Positions 53,129 to 62,202 of a DNA stretch of 64,000 nucleotides are shown piece by piece (the first letter of the stretch is position 1; each line of letters begins with the position of its first letter). The DNA is from Promethearchaeota archaeon (GTDB lineage Archaea; Asgardarchaeota; Lokiarchaeia; Sigyniarchaeales; SOKP01). The DNA is taken from assembly GCA_048940445.1 (NCBI GenBank), contig JBHLON010000012.1, positions 17,426 through 81,425 on the forward strand, read 5' to 3'. The notes under the pieces were generated by a model, which made no database searches, had not been told where the DNA came from, and saw only the letters and a list, made by a program, of their open reading frames with translations. The position numbers and the translations under genes are program-made.

Positions 53129-56122
53129 TTAAATATAATTTTTCCGTTTTCTTAGAATTATTATCATACTCACTCCAATGATTCCCATTATTATTAAAAT
53201 ATCATATCCTGGAATACCTGGTTGTGGAGGCGGAGGTATTTCTACTAATTCTACTAAAATTGAATTAACATTTTCAATGTTCCCTACATTATCAATTGCA
53301 TAGTATGAGATATTATAATAACCAAAAGCGTATCCAGATAAATCAAATTCCCCAGTATAATCATTCCAAGTTGAATCATTAATTTTATATCTAATTACAA
53401 AAACTCCTGACCCTGTCCCATCGCTTGCTGTTAATGTGAAAATCGTAGAAACATTTACATCAACAGTTCCACTGTGAGGTATGAATAATATTTGCGAGCT
53501 AGGTACTTCAACATCTTTATATATAGTTACGTCTGCAAAAGCTAAAGATCCTAAAGTATCATTTGCATAAAATCTAATAATGACTGGACCAGTAGCGCCT
53601 ATTTTGTCCCACTCGGTTTGATCAATAGTTCCTGTTAATCCGGTAAATGTAATGTTAGTAATCCCACCATCTATGGTATACCATGTAGAATTCAAGTTTA
53701 ATTCGAAAATAGAAATATCAAAGTTTGGAGCACTACTCCCAAAAAATTCATTTGCAAGTGGCGCATTTATTGTAATCTGAGGCATACTAGTATCCTTAAT
53801 GATTAGCACTCCTACAGAACCTATATTACCAGCAGAATCATTTGCATAGAAAATCAAAGTTAGGGCTCCATCAGAAAGTTTATCCCATTCTGTTTGATCA
53901 ACTGTTCCTGTTAATCCAGTAAATATAATATTAGTCACTCCCCCATCTATTGTGTACCAAGTTGTATCCAAATTCGGTTCAACAATCGAAATATCAAAAT
54001 TTGGAGCTATATTTCCAAAATTTTCTTCATGTGTTGGTACATTAATTACAATCTGTGGATTAGTAGAATCTTTATTTATAACTACGTCTTTATGACCAAT
54101 ATTTCCAATTGTATCATTTGCATAGAAAGTCAAGGTCACTGGAACATCTGAAAGTTTGTCCCATTCAATTTGATCGATTGTTCCTGTTAATCCGGTAAAT
54201 GTAATATTAGTCACTCCCCCATCTATAGTATACCAAGTATAATCCAAATTGGGTTCGACAATGGAAATGTCAAAATTTGGAGCATTACTTCCAAAAAACT
54301 CGTTTGTAAGTGGAGTATTTATTGTAATCTGGGGGATACTAGAATCTTTATATATATTCACATCAGCATGTCCAATATTACCCACAGAATCATTTGCATA
54401 GAAAGTTAAGGTTACTGGAACGTCTGAAAGTTTATCCCATTCAGCTTGATCGATTGTTCCTGTTAATCCGGTGAATGTAATGTTATTCACTCCCCCATCT
54501 ATGGTATACCATGTAGAATTCAAGTTTAAATCGAAAATATAAAGGTCAAAGTTTGGAGCACTGCTTCCAAAAATTTCTGAATTAAGCGGCGCATTTATTG
54601 TAATTTGTGGATCAGTAGCATCTTTATATATATTCACATCTGCATGTCCAATATTACCAGCAGAATCATTTGCATAGAAAGTTAAGGTTACTGGAACATC
54701 TGAAAGTTTATCCCATTCAATTTGGTCGATTGTTCCTGTTAATCCAGTAAATGTAATATTAGTAATTCCCCCATCTATTGTATACCATCTAGAATCTAAA
54801 TCTGAATCTATAATTGAAATGTCAAAATTTGGAGCTGTACTGCCAAAAATCTCATTTTCATTAGGTGAATTTATACTTATTTGAGGAATCAAGTTATATT
54901 TTACTAAACACATATTATCATCGCTTTCTCCTCCTACATACACATTTTCATTAGAGTCTAAAGCAATCCCATAAGCTGCTGTATAATCTTTATCCCATCT
55001 AACAAAGCCTTGGGAATCACCAGACGTATTGTATTTTAACAAACCCAGATAAGAATTTACGGTCATCATATTATCTTGTCCAGTGTAACATGCAAGATAA
55101 ATATCCTCTGATGAATCTAGTACAATATCTCTAGCTCTAACTTCTCTATTCCCCCAATATCCAATTTCATTCCAAGTTTGATTATACAACTCAACCCCTA
55201 AAGAGTCAAATTTTACTAAAGCTACACTAGGATAATAAGTTGTTGGATGTGTTCTCTCTCCAGCAATATACACATTATCAGAAGAATCAAAGGCGATGCC
55301 ATATGCATAATTGTTGCCAAAAGCACCCCACGTGCGATTCCATAATAATGTACCTCCGCTATTATATTTTACAATATTCCACTGAAGGCTTCCAATGAAA
55401 CTTGTAGTAGTTCCGACCATATATACATTATCAGAATTATCAGTACCAACAGTATAAGCAATATCACTGCCACTTAAACCCCATGTGCGATTCCATTGTA
55501 ATGTTCCTGCATTATCATATTTTATTAAAACCATATCTTCATTTCCAGCGCCCCAACTTTCTGTTTCTCCCACTAAATACACATTATCTGATGAATCCAC
55601 TGTTATCCCATATATTCTCTCATAATTGCTCCCACCCCAGATACGAGACCATTGAATAGTTCCTAGGCTATTATATTTAACCAGAAATAAATCAAAAGCA
55701 CCCAATCCCAAAGTACCATATCCTCCCATATAAACATTATCAGAAGAATCAATTACTACTCCAAAAGATCGTACATCATTAACTCCATCCCATATACGTG
55801 ACCATATTATGTTTCCTAATGTATCATATTTTATTAAAGCAGCCTGATATCCAACGTAGATATCCCATGTACGTCCTGTAATATAAATAGCGTCTGAAGA
55901 ATCAATAGCAATATCAGAACCCACTGCACCCTGTCCCATTAAGTCCCACGTACGATTCCATTCATATCCAACTTCCTCATCCAAGGATGCTATTGATAGT
56001 ATTTGTCTTCGTTCACTTTGATATCTATCATATAGATTGATATCACTTATTAAAGCTGGATAGAATGAAAGCATCGTGCATACTATAAGTAACCCTAAAT
56101 AAACCGTACTTCTTTTTTTCAT
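53129..56122 (-). CDS. Large surface protein: signal peptide, SBBP-like beta-propeller, five Ig-like repeats, Loki-CTERM-like anchor
   Basis: About 7 DSSDNVY..WNRTW blades; repeated WYTIDGG..FYAND; C-terminal PGIPGY-TM-RKRK. Confidence 0.85.
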   Translation of the reverse strand: MKKRSTVYLGLLIVCTMLSFYPALISDINLYDRYQSERRQILSIASLDEEVGYEWNRTWDLMGQGAVGSDIAIDSSDAIYITGRTWDIYVGYQAALIKYDTLGNIIWSRIWDGVNDVRSFGVVIDSSDNVYMGGYGTLGLGAFDLFLVKYNSLGTIQWSRIWGGSNYERIYGITVDSSDNVYLVGETESWGAGNEDMVLIKYDNAGTLQWNRTWGLSGSDIAYTVGTDNSDNVYMVGTTTSFIGSLQWNIVKYNSGGTLLWNRTWGAFGNNYAYGIAFDSSDNVYIAGERTHPTTYYPSVALVKFDSLGVELYNQTWNEIGYWGNREVRARDIVLDSSEDIYLACYTGQDNMMTVNSYLGLLKYNTSGDSQGFVRWDKDYTAAYGIALDSNENVYVGGESDDNMCLVKYNLIPQISINSPNENEIFGSTAPNFDISIIDSDLDSRWYTIDGGITNITFTGLTGTIDQIEWDKLSDVPVTLTFYANDSAGNIGHADVNIYKDATDPQITINAPLNSEIFGSSAPNFDLYIFDLNLNSTWYTIDGGVNNITFTGLTGTIDQAEWDKLSDVPVTLTFYANDSVGNIGHADVNIYKDSSIPQITINTPLTNEFFGSNAPNFDISIVEPNLDYTWYTIDGGVTNITFTGLTGTIDQIEWDKLSDVPVTLTFYANDTIGNIGHKDVVINKDSTNPQIVINVPTHEENFGNIAPNFDISIVEPNLDTTWYTIDGGVTNIIFTGLTGTVDQTEWDKLSDGALTLIFYANDSAGNIGSVGVLIIKDTSMPQITINAPLANEFFGSSAPNFDISIFELNLNSTWYTIDGGITNITFTGLTGTIDQTEWDKIGATGPVIIRFYANDTLGSLAFADVTIYKDVEVPSSQILFIPHSGTVDVNVSTIFTLTASDGTGSGVFVIRYKINDSTWNDYTGEFDLSGYAFGYYNISYYAIDNVGNIENVNSILVELVEIPPPPQPGIPGYDILIIMGIIGVSMIIILRKRKNYI
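53520..54895 (-). repeat. Five tandem ~276-bp (92-aa) intragenic repeats
   Basis: EWDK-encoding segments recur about every 276 nt (~53607, 53883, 54159, 54435, 54711) with high DNA identity. Confidence 0.9.
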
Positions 56123-56195
56123 TTAAATTTCGCCAAAATTAATTAATTGATTAAGTCTTCTTATTCAAAAATAATATTTAATACTTATGATAAAA

Positions 56196-56312
56196 TTACG
56201 TTTTTGATTTATAAAATAAAGTTCTTTTATCCTTACTTCTTGTTTCAATAATTCCAGATAATTTTGCATAGAAAATTTAATATCCTAACCTTGATTGAGA
56301 AATTTTGCACAT
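56196..56312 (-). pseudogene. Decayed ArsR-like winged-HTH fragment
   Basis: Reads MCKISQSRLGY*IFYAKLSGIIETRSKDKRTLFYKSKT with an internal TAA. Confidence 0.35.
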
Positions 56313-56495
56313 ATTAAAAAAGCAGTTTCCAGTTTAATACTTTAAAGGTATTAGATTCATCATTTTGATAGGAAGAACGAGTTTTATTCTATAAAATGAA
56401 TTTCTCATATTTAAAATTACATGGATGATAAATTTCAGTATGCTGATACTTAGTATCCGATTCAAGATATTGAATATTTTCTATCTGATTTTAAT

Positions 56496-57200
56496 TTATA
56501 CTTCTTCATCAAGTTCGGGCTTTATTTTTAAAGATTCAATGATATTAATTATGTCTTCAGCGATTTCATACCTCTGGGCTCTATATTTATCTCGATTTAA
56601 ATGCTTTTCAACTTTTAACGGTATACCAATTTTTACACGCATTCCAGAACCACTTATCATATTAAAGAGCTTTGTTTTTTCAGAGTATATCGCTAATGGA
56701 ATAATAGGTGCCATTCCAGCAACTGCAAATTTAATAATCCCCGCCATTGCTTTTACTTGAGTTTCGCGATCCAACTTTGATTCAGGTGTCATTGCCACAA
56801 GATCTCCAACTTCATTCAAATAATGAAAAACTTTATCGATTGGTTCAGTGTCTTCCTTATCATATGTACTTCTGAACATACCAAGTGCTTTTAATACAGG
56901 TCCATAAAGTTGATGTTTCATTAATTTATGATGTACCATAAAATGAATTCGCCTACCAGACACCTGACTTATGATCGCCATGTCTCTTAATGCATTATCA
57001 CTAATCGTAGTTAATATTGCTTTTCCTCTTAAGGGAATATTCTCTTTTCCTTCAATTTTTAAGTCAGCAAAAAGTGCTAAACCCGCCCAACTAAGTCCCT
57101 TAATTGAGGCATAAAGGACATCATTTATTAATTCCTTACTAAAAAGTTGGTCTTTTCCTTTTGTTTCCGGTTCTTCAGTTGTTTCTACCATTTTTATCAC
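56496..57200 (-). CDS. PlsC/lysophospholipid acyltransferase-fold protein lacking the catalytic His (probable start ATG 57191)
   Basis: IEGKENIPLRGKAIL, PES (for PEG), PIIPLAI, VKIGIP; HX4D replaced by ISDNALRD. Confidence 0.75.
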   Translation of the reverse strand: MIKMVETTEEPETKGKDQLFSKELINDVLYASIKGLSWAGLALFADLKIEGKENIPLRGKAILTTISDNALRDMAIISQVSGRRIHFMVHHKLMKHQLYGPVLKALGMFRSTYDKEDTEPIDKVFHYLNEVGDLVAMTPESKLDRETQVKAMAGIIKFAVAGMAPIIPLAIYSEKTKLFNMISGSGMRVKIGIPLKVEKHLNRDKYRAQRYEIAEDIINIIESLKIKPELDEEV

Positions 57201-57219
57201 ATCTCATTTTTAATTTTCA

Positions 57220-57414
57220 TTATAATTTATCTATAAAATCATTTACCTCCTCCATTCGTCTCTCGTAATATTCTTTCAATTCCTTTTCGGATACGAATGT
57301 TGGAATTACTTTTTCTAAAAAAATATCAAATATTGTTGATAATTTTGTCTTATGGTGAAGAGTCTCAAGAAACTCCTCCCCTAATTCTTTTAAATTTTTA
57401 ATAAATTCTGTCAA
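57220..57414 (-). CDS. Small hypothetical protein within the activase operon
   Basis: TTG after GGAGG; tightly packed between co-oriented genes. Confidence 0.6.
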   Translation of the reverse strand: MTEFIKNLKELGEEFLETLHHKTKLSTIFDIFLEKVIPTFVSEKELKEYYERRMEEVNDFIDKL

Positions 57415-57432
57415 ATTACTTCTTAAACCTCC

Positions 57433-58458
57433 TTAAGTTACGTTATCCCATTTACCGCATCTAGATCCCCATCTAGCGATTACTTGATTTCCATATTCCG
57501 GCATTTTGACCTGGACAATCTCACAATTATTGGGGCAATCTCCACAGTTAAAAGCAGAAGTCTTGAATTCTATCTCTGCTACTTCTAAGCCTCTAAAGCT
57601 TGTTTCCTGCTCATGTTCTCGATAATAGTCTCTGACAAGTATTGCCATGCCTAAAGCGCCCATGAGAACATTGTACTTCGGTACAATGACTTTAACTTTT
57701 AAATGACGTTCAAAGGCTTCTATCATGCCCTTATTGTAAGAAACTCCTCCTTGGAATACAATGGGTTCTTCTAACTCTTTTCCCTTGGCTAAATTATTCA
57801 AATAGTTTCGAACCAAGGAATCACATAACCCTGCAATTATATCTTCCTTGCTATATCCTGCATTTTGTTTATGGATCATATCAGATTCAGCAAAAACAGT
57901 ACATCTTCCTGCAATACTCAGAGGATTTTTCGATCGAATTGCATAATCTCCAAAATCTTCAATAGGTATGCCAAGCCTAGCTGCTTGATGATCCAAGAAA
58001 GAACCTGTTCCCGCAGCACATACCGAATTCATCGCAAAATCTACAATAATTCCATCTCTGAGAATAATAATCTTTGAATCTTGACCGCCTATCTCAAGAA
58101 TAGTTCGCACGTCGGGATACATTGATTGTGCTGCAACAGCATGAGCAATAATTTCTGTTTTTGCTAGATCCCCCCCCACCACTGCCTTTGTTAAATATCT
58201 TGCTGAACCAGTCGTACCACAAGAACGTATTGCGTAATTCTTCAGTTCAGGTTTCTCTTCAATCTTATTCCGTAGCTCAGCCATACCCACTTTAGCAGAT
58301 TCTATAGGAGAACCCTCATTACGTAAAAAAACACTTGTTAGAACCTTTCCATCTGTATCCATTAAAACAAATTTGCAACTGACACTCCCAATATCAATTC
58401 CTAAAAAACAATCCTTTTTTTCTTTTTCAATCCTTACATCATCAGAAACTTGGACCAT
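57433..58458 (-). CDS. CoA-substrate-specific enzyme activase (HgdC/BadFG ASKHA ATPase), copy B
   Basis: GIDIGSVS, TTGSAR, EIGGQDSK, MNSVCAAGTGSFL, RCTVFAES, GGV; C-terminal CxxCxxxC..C. Confidence 0.9.
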   Translation of the reverse strand: MVQVSDDVRIEKEKKDCFLGIDIGSVSCKFVLMDTDGKVLTSVFLRNEGSPIESAKVGMAELRNKIEEKPELKNYAIRSCGTTGSARYLTKAVVGGDLAKTEIIAHAVAAQSMYPDVRTILEIGGQDSKIIILRDGIIVDFAMNSVCAAGTGSFLDHQAARLGIPIEDFGDYAIRSKNPLSIAGRCTVFAESDMIHKQNAGYSKEDIIAGLCDSLVRNYLNNLAKGKELEEPIVFQGGVSYNKGMIEAFERHLKVKVIVPKYNVLMGALGMAILVRDYYREHEQETSFRGLEVAEIEFKTSAFNCGDCPNNCEIVQVKMPEYGNQVIARWGSRCGKWDNVT

Positions 58459-58470
58459 GGTATCACTTTA

Positions 58471-59658
58471 TTATTGGCTTTGAATAATTTGATAACATTC
58501 TTTATAAAAATTACTCCCATAATCATGGTATACATTTTCTAAATCTTGCTTTAAATACTCCCTATTTTGATAAAGCTTATGCTCACGACGAGCATACATA
58601 AGGTCCACAAATGCTTCTAATCTTGTTTTAAATCCCTCCATCCCCGATTGCTCATCGAAAGAGAAATAGATAATTGGTAAGTCGTATACTTTTTTAAGTT
58701 TATTAGTTATAATTGTTCGAGCCGTCACCTCTGGCATACAGGTGAAAGGATATTGATGTACAAAACCATCAAAGCCAGCTCGAGCCCTATCAATATATTC
58801 TCCTAAAACCCATATACATTCCCCCCCGATATCCATTGGAACATAAGGTTTAGCCAAGTGTTCTAACCACTTCCTATGATAATTCAGATGGAATTTATGT
58901 ACAACCCAATCATATAAACTTAAATTTTGATGGATTTCAACCTGCATTTCACCTAACTTACGTCTTATATCTAAATTGACATAAGGTTCTAAAGAGATAT
59001 GAATTTCTCCTGCTATTGCGACCTTTAGTGGATTTCGAGTTTTATCAACATCAATTTGATTAAATTCATCCTTAATAACATTCTTAAAGTTCCTTAAACC
59101 TTTTAAGGTATTAGTTTCATCAAGCTTAATTAATAAATTTTTTACAAGTTTAGTAGTATCTCCTTGAGTGCGCTCATATGCCCGAAATAAACCTTCTGCT
59201 GTCTGTATATCGTTCAATAGTTTTGCTTTTTTTAGGAAAAAAATAACTGCTTTAAGAAATTTTGAGTAGATAAAGGGATCCCTTCTACCAGTCACCTCTT
59301 GGAGAGTCTTGACCCAATGGAATTCCAGAAGATCTGCTTGGTCAAGGGGTATTAATGTTATATTCTTATATCCCATATCCTTTAGAATTCTCTCCTGCAC
59401 GGAAGCATAAAATCCGAACCTACAAGGTCCACAGTCAATCGCCATGACTAATGTATCTGCTCCTTTCTCAATTGCGTTTACAAAATCCCCTATTGTCGCC
59501 TTGAATGGAAAACAAACGAACTCTGGAGATTGCTTAACACCGATTTTGATTGCCTCACGATTTGTTGGATCGGGAATGACCACATCTAAATCAAGGCTTG
59601 TAAAGAGTGTTTTAAAGGCGACCCAATTGGGACCCATATTAGGGAAGGAAATTAACAT
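58471..59658 (-). CDS. 2-hydroxyacyl-CoA dehydratase / PlsR-like reductase subunit, copy B
   Basis: SPEFVCFPFK, GPCRFG, GEI, IGGE, PFTCMPE, DEQSG..TRLEAF. Confidence 0.8.
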   Translation of the reverse strand: MLISFPNMGPNWVAFKTLFTSLDLDVVIPDPTNREAIKIGVKQSPEFVCFPFKATIGDFVNAIEKGADTLVMAIDCGPCRFGFYASVQERILKDMGYKNITLIPLDQADLLEFHWVKTLQEVTGRRDPFIYSKFLKAVIFFLKKAKLLNDIQTAEGLFRAYERTQGDTTKLVKNLLIKLDETNTLKGLRNFKNVIKDEFNQIDVDKTRNPLKVAIAGEIHISLEPYVNLDIRRKLGEMQVEIHQNLSLYDWVVHKFHLNYHRKWLEHLAKPYVPMDIGGECIWVLGEYIDRARAGFDGFVHQYPFTCMPEVTARTIITNKLKKVYDLPIIYFSFDEQSGMEGFKTRLEAFVDLMYARREHKLYQNREYLKQDLENVYHDYGSNFYKECYQIIQSQ

Positions 59659-59842
59659 TTTAATTCTAAGAAATTTTACCTAGTCAAGTATTTGATCAAA
59701 ACTATGAAATCAAATAACTCATTCTAAAATAAAAATTTACCCATTATAAACAGATTATCAATCGTATGATACTTTTTATAAAAATTTCAACAATATTTAA
59801 TAATCTCCTTCAAAGAGATTTCACTAGATACAAAATAGCCTC

Positions 59843-61177
59843 TCAAAGGTTAATAAGAGATTCGATACCAAAAAACGAATTTCTTGAAAAAAACTCGAGT
59901 CCATTCTTAACAGTGAATCCTACATCTAATTTCTTTGTTGGATTCAGCATTGTTAAAAGGAATGACATTGGTTTTTCAATACTAGACACAAAATATTCAA
60001 AATTGGATTTCGGTTTAAAATATATGTTTTTTATTTCATCCGGGACTACATACTTGACATCTCTAAACAAAGGATTAGACTTTTTGTTACCAATCATTAA
60101 ATCATGAAATGCTTCGATTCTTGTTCTAAGTCCTTCAAAACCAGAACTTCCATCAAGACTAAAATGAATATGGGGCATGTAAAACTTGTCCATGTTTTTT
60201 TCAGCTTCTAACATTCCCATGAGGGATATTTCAGGCATGCAAGTAAATGGGAATATATGGACAAAACCATCAAAACCTTTTTCTTGAGACTCAAGATAAG
60301 CTCCTATGTTCCAAACTGCTTCTCCGCCAATATCCATTGGAATATACATTTTAGCACTATGTTCAAGCCGTCTTCTTCGTTTGCTGGCATTAAGTTTGTA
60401 CATGACCCAATCAAAGACATCATACTGCTTGTGAACCTCGATACCCATGAGGCCTAATTCTCCCATCAGATCATAATTAACCCATTTCTCCAACATGACT
60501 TGGATTTCCCCAGTATAACAAACCCTCAAAGGTTCCATTTCCTTATCAATAGGAATCTTGCGAAAATTTTCATCTATCGTTCTATCAAAATTAGATAATT
60601 TCATCAAATTATTTTCGTTATCAAGTAAATTCATCAAAGTATGAACTACTTTGGTAGTCATTGATTTGTTTTTTTCTCGACATCTAACAAGTCCTTCAAT
60701 ATGGCTTATTCTTTCAACATAGTATGCTTTGACCAAGAACAAGAGTGTGTTTCTTAAAATTTTATAATCATCAAATTTTCTTCCTGTTCTTTTTTCTAAA
60801 TCACGAAATATCATTAGCCATTCAAGATTTCGCAGATCATCTTGACTCAGATAAAACATTCTAACATCCTTGAATCCCATATTTTTCATGATTCTTTTTT
60901 GGACAACAGCATACATTCCTGCTCTACAAGGGCCGTGGTCAAAAATCATCATAAAATCTTTAACATCATAATTACGATACAGGTTTATCATTTCACCAAG
61001 AATGACTTTAAATGGAAAACAAACGAATTCAGGAGAATTTTTGACTCCTTCACTAACGATTTCAGTGTTTACTAGAGGGGGTTCAACAACTTCAATACCA
61101 GGAAGATCATGGAATAAACCTTTGAAAAAAATATAGCTCCAACCCATTCGTGAAAATGAAACTCTAACATTTACCAT
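59843..61177 (-). CDS. 2-hydroxyacyl-CoA dehydratase / PlsR-like reductase subunit, copy A
   Basis: SPEFVCFPFK, GPCRAG, GEI, IGGE, PFTCMPE, TRIEAF; hydrophobic C-terminal tail. Confidence 0.8.
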   Translation of the reverse strand: MVNVRVSFSRMGWSYIFFKGLFHDLPGIEVVEPPLVNTEIVSEGVKNSPEFVCFPFKVILGEMINLYRNYDVKDFMMIFDHGPCRAGMYAVVQKRIMKNMGFKDVRMFYLSQDDLRNLEWLMIFRDLEKRTGRKFDDYKILRNTLLFLVKAYYVERISHIEGLVRCREKNKSMTTKVVHTLMNLLDNENNLMKLSNFDRTIDENFRKIPIDKEMEPLRVCYTGEIQVMLEKWVNYDLMGELGLMGIEVHKQYDVFDWVMYKLNASKRRRRLEHSAKMYIPMDIGGEAVWNIGAYLESQEKGFDGFVHIFPFTCMPEISLMGMLEAEKNMDKFYMPHIHFSLDGSSGFEGLRTRIEAFHDLMIGNKKSNPLFRDVKYVVPDEIKNIYFKPKSNFEYFVSSIEKPMSFLLTMLNPTKKLDVGFTVKNGLEFFSRNSFFGIESLINL

Positions 61178-62202
61178 TTACCGCACCTACTATTCCATCG
61201 TGCAAATATCCTATCATCCTTTTCTCTTCCAGTTACTCTACTTTTATCTTCTTCCCTGACAAGGTATTTAACTGTACATCTATTTGGACAATCAGGACAG
61301 ACAAATGAACCTGGAGCCAAGTTCATTTCACTAACTTTTAGGCCATGAAAAGAAGATATCTGTCCATTTACATGTTCCTTTGCCAAAATGGCTGAACCAA
61401 ATGCTCCCATCACATAAAAGTTTTCATGAATAATGACTTCATACCCCAATTCTTCTTCAAAAGCATTTTTTATTCCGGAATTTGCTGCAACTCCACCCTG
61501 AAATACGAAAGGCGGGAGGAGTTTTTTCCCTTTGCAAACATTATTCAAGTAGTTTCTAACAAGAGCTTTACACAATCCCTTGATAATTGATTCTTTAGAA
61601 TATCCTTCTTGTTGTTTACTGATCATATCAGATTCGGCAAAAACTGTGCATCGTCCTGCAATTGAAACCTCCTCTTCTGCCCGAAGAGCATAATCCCCAA
61701 ATTCTTCAATTGGAACCTTGATCCGAATTGCTTGGTGATCTAGAAAAGAACCAGTTCCGGCAGCACAAACACTGTTCATGTTAAAATCTGTTACGATGCC
61801 ATTTTTCATCAATATAACTTTGCTGTCCTGTCCCCCGATTTCAAGAATTGTTCTCACGTCAGGGGTATAAGTTGAAGCTCCAATTGCATGAGCAATTATT
61901 TCAGGTTTTGCGATATCAGCACCAATAAGTGCTTTTATTAAATACCTAGCAGAACCTGTTGTCCCAACACCACAAATACTTTTTTCGATGTTATCGGGAA
62001 TGACTTCTTCCATGTATTTTAGATTTTCTTGTGTAGAAACAATGGGAGAACCATCATTTCTAGTCCAAGTAGCATACAATAATTCATTTCTCTCATTAAT
62101 TATTGCACATTTCGTGGAGACACTTCCGACATCGATTCCTAGATATAACTTGTCATCCACATCATCTGAAAGAATATTCTTGATAAATTCTGGTTCATTC
62201 AT
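61171..62202 (-). CDS. CoA-substrate-specific enzyme activase, copy A
   Basis: GIDVGSVSTK, EIGGQDSK, CAAGTGSFL, CTVFAES; C-terminal CPDCPNRC..C. Confidence 0.9.
   Translation of the reverse strand: MNEPEFIKNILSDDVDDKLYLGIDVGSVSTKCAIINERNELLYATWTRNDGSPIVSTQENLKYMEEVIPDNIEKSICGVGTTGSARYLIKALIGADIAKPEIIAHAIGASTYTPDVRTILEIGGQDSKVILMKNGIVTDFNMNSVCAAGTGSFLDHQAIRIKVPIEEFGDYALRAEEEVSIAGRCTVFAESDMISKQQEGYSKESIIKGLCKALVRNYLNNVCKGKKLLPPFVFQGGVAANSGIKNAFEEELGYEVIIHENFYVMGAFGSAILAKEHVNGQISSFHGLKVSEMNLAPGSFVCPDCPNRCTVKYLVREEDKSRVTGREKDDRIFARWNSRCGKW

Noticed and set aside
53520-54895. CRISPR array or mobile-element repeats
   Set aside because: Repeats are 276 bp, in frame, protein-coding and have no spacers.
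56255-56280. Stray copy of the FYAND surface repeat upstream of the adhesin
   Set aside because: The match is limited to about 12 nt; the surrounding translation fits an HTH remnant better.
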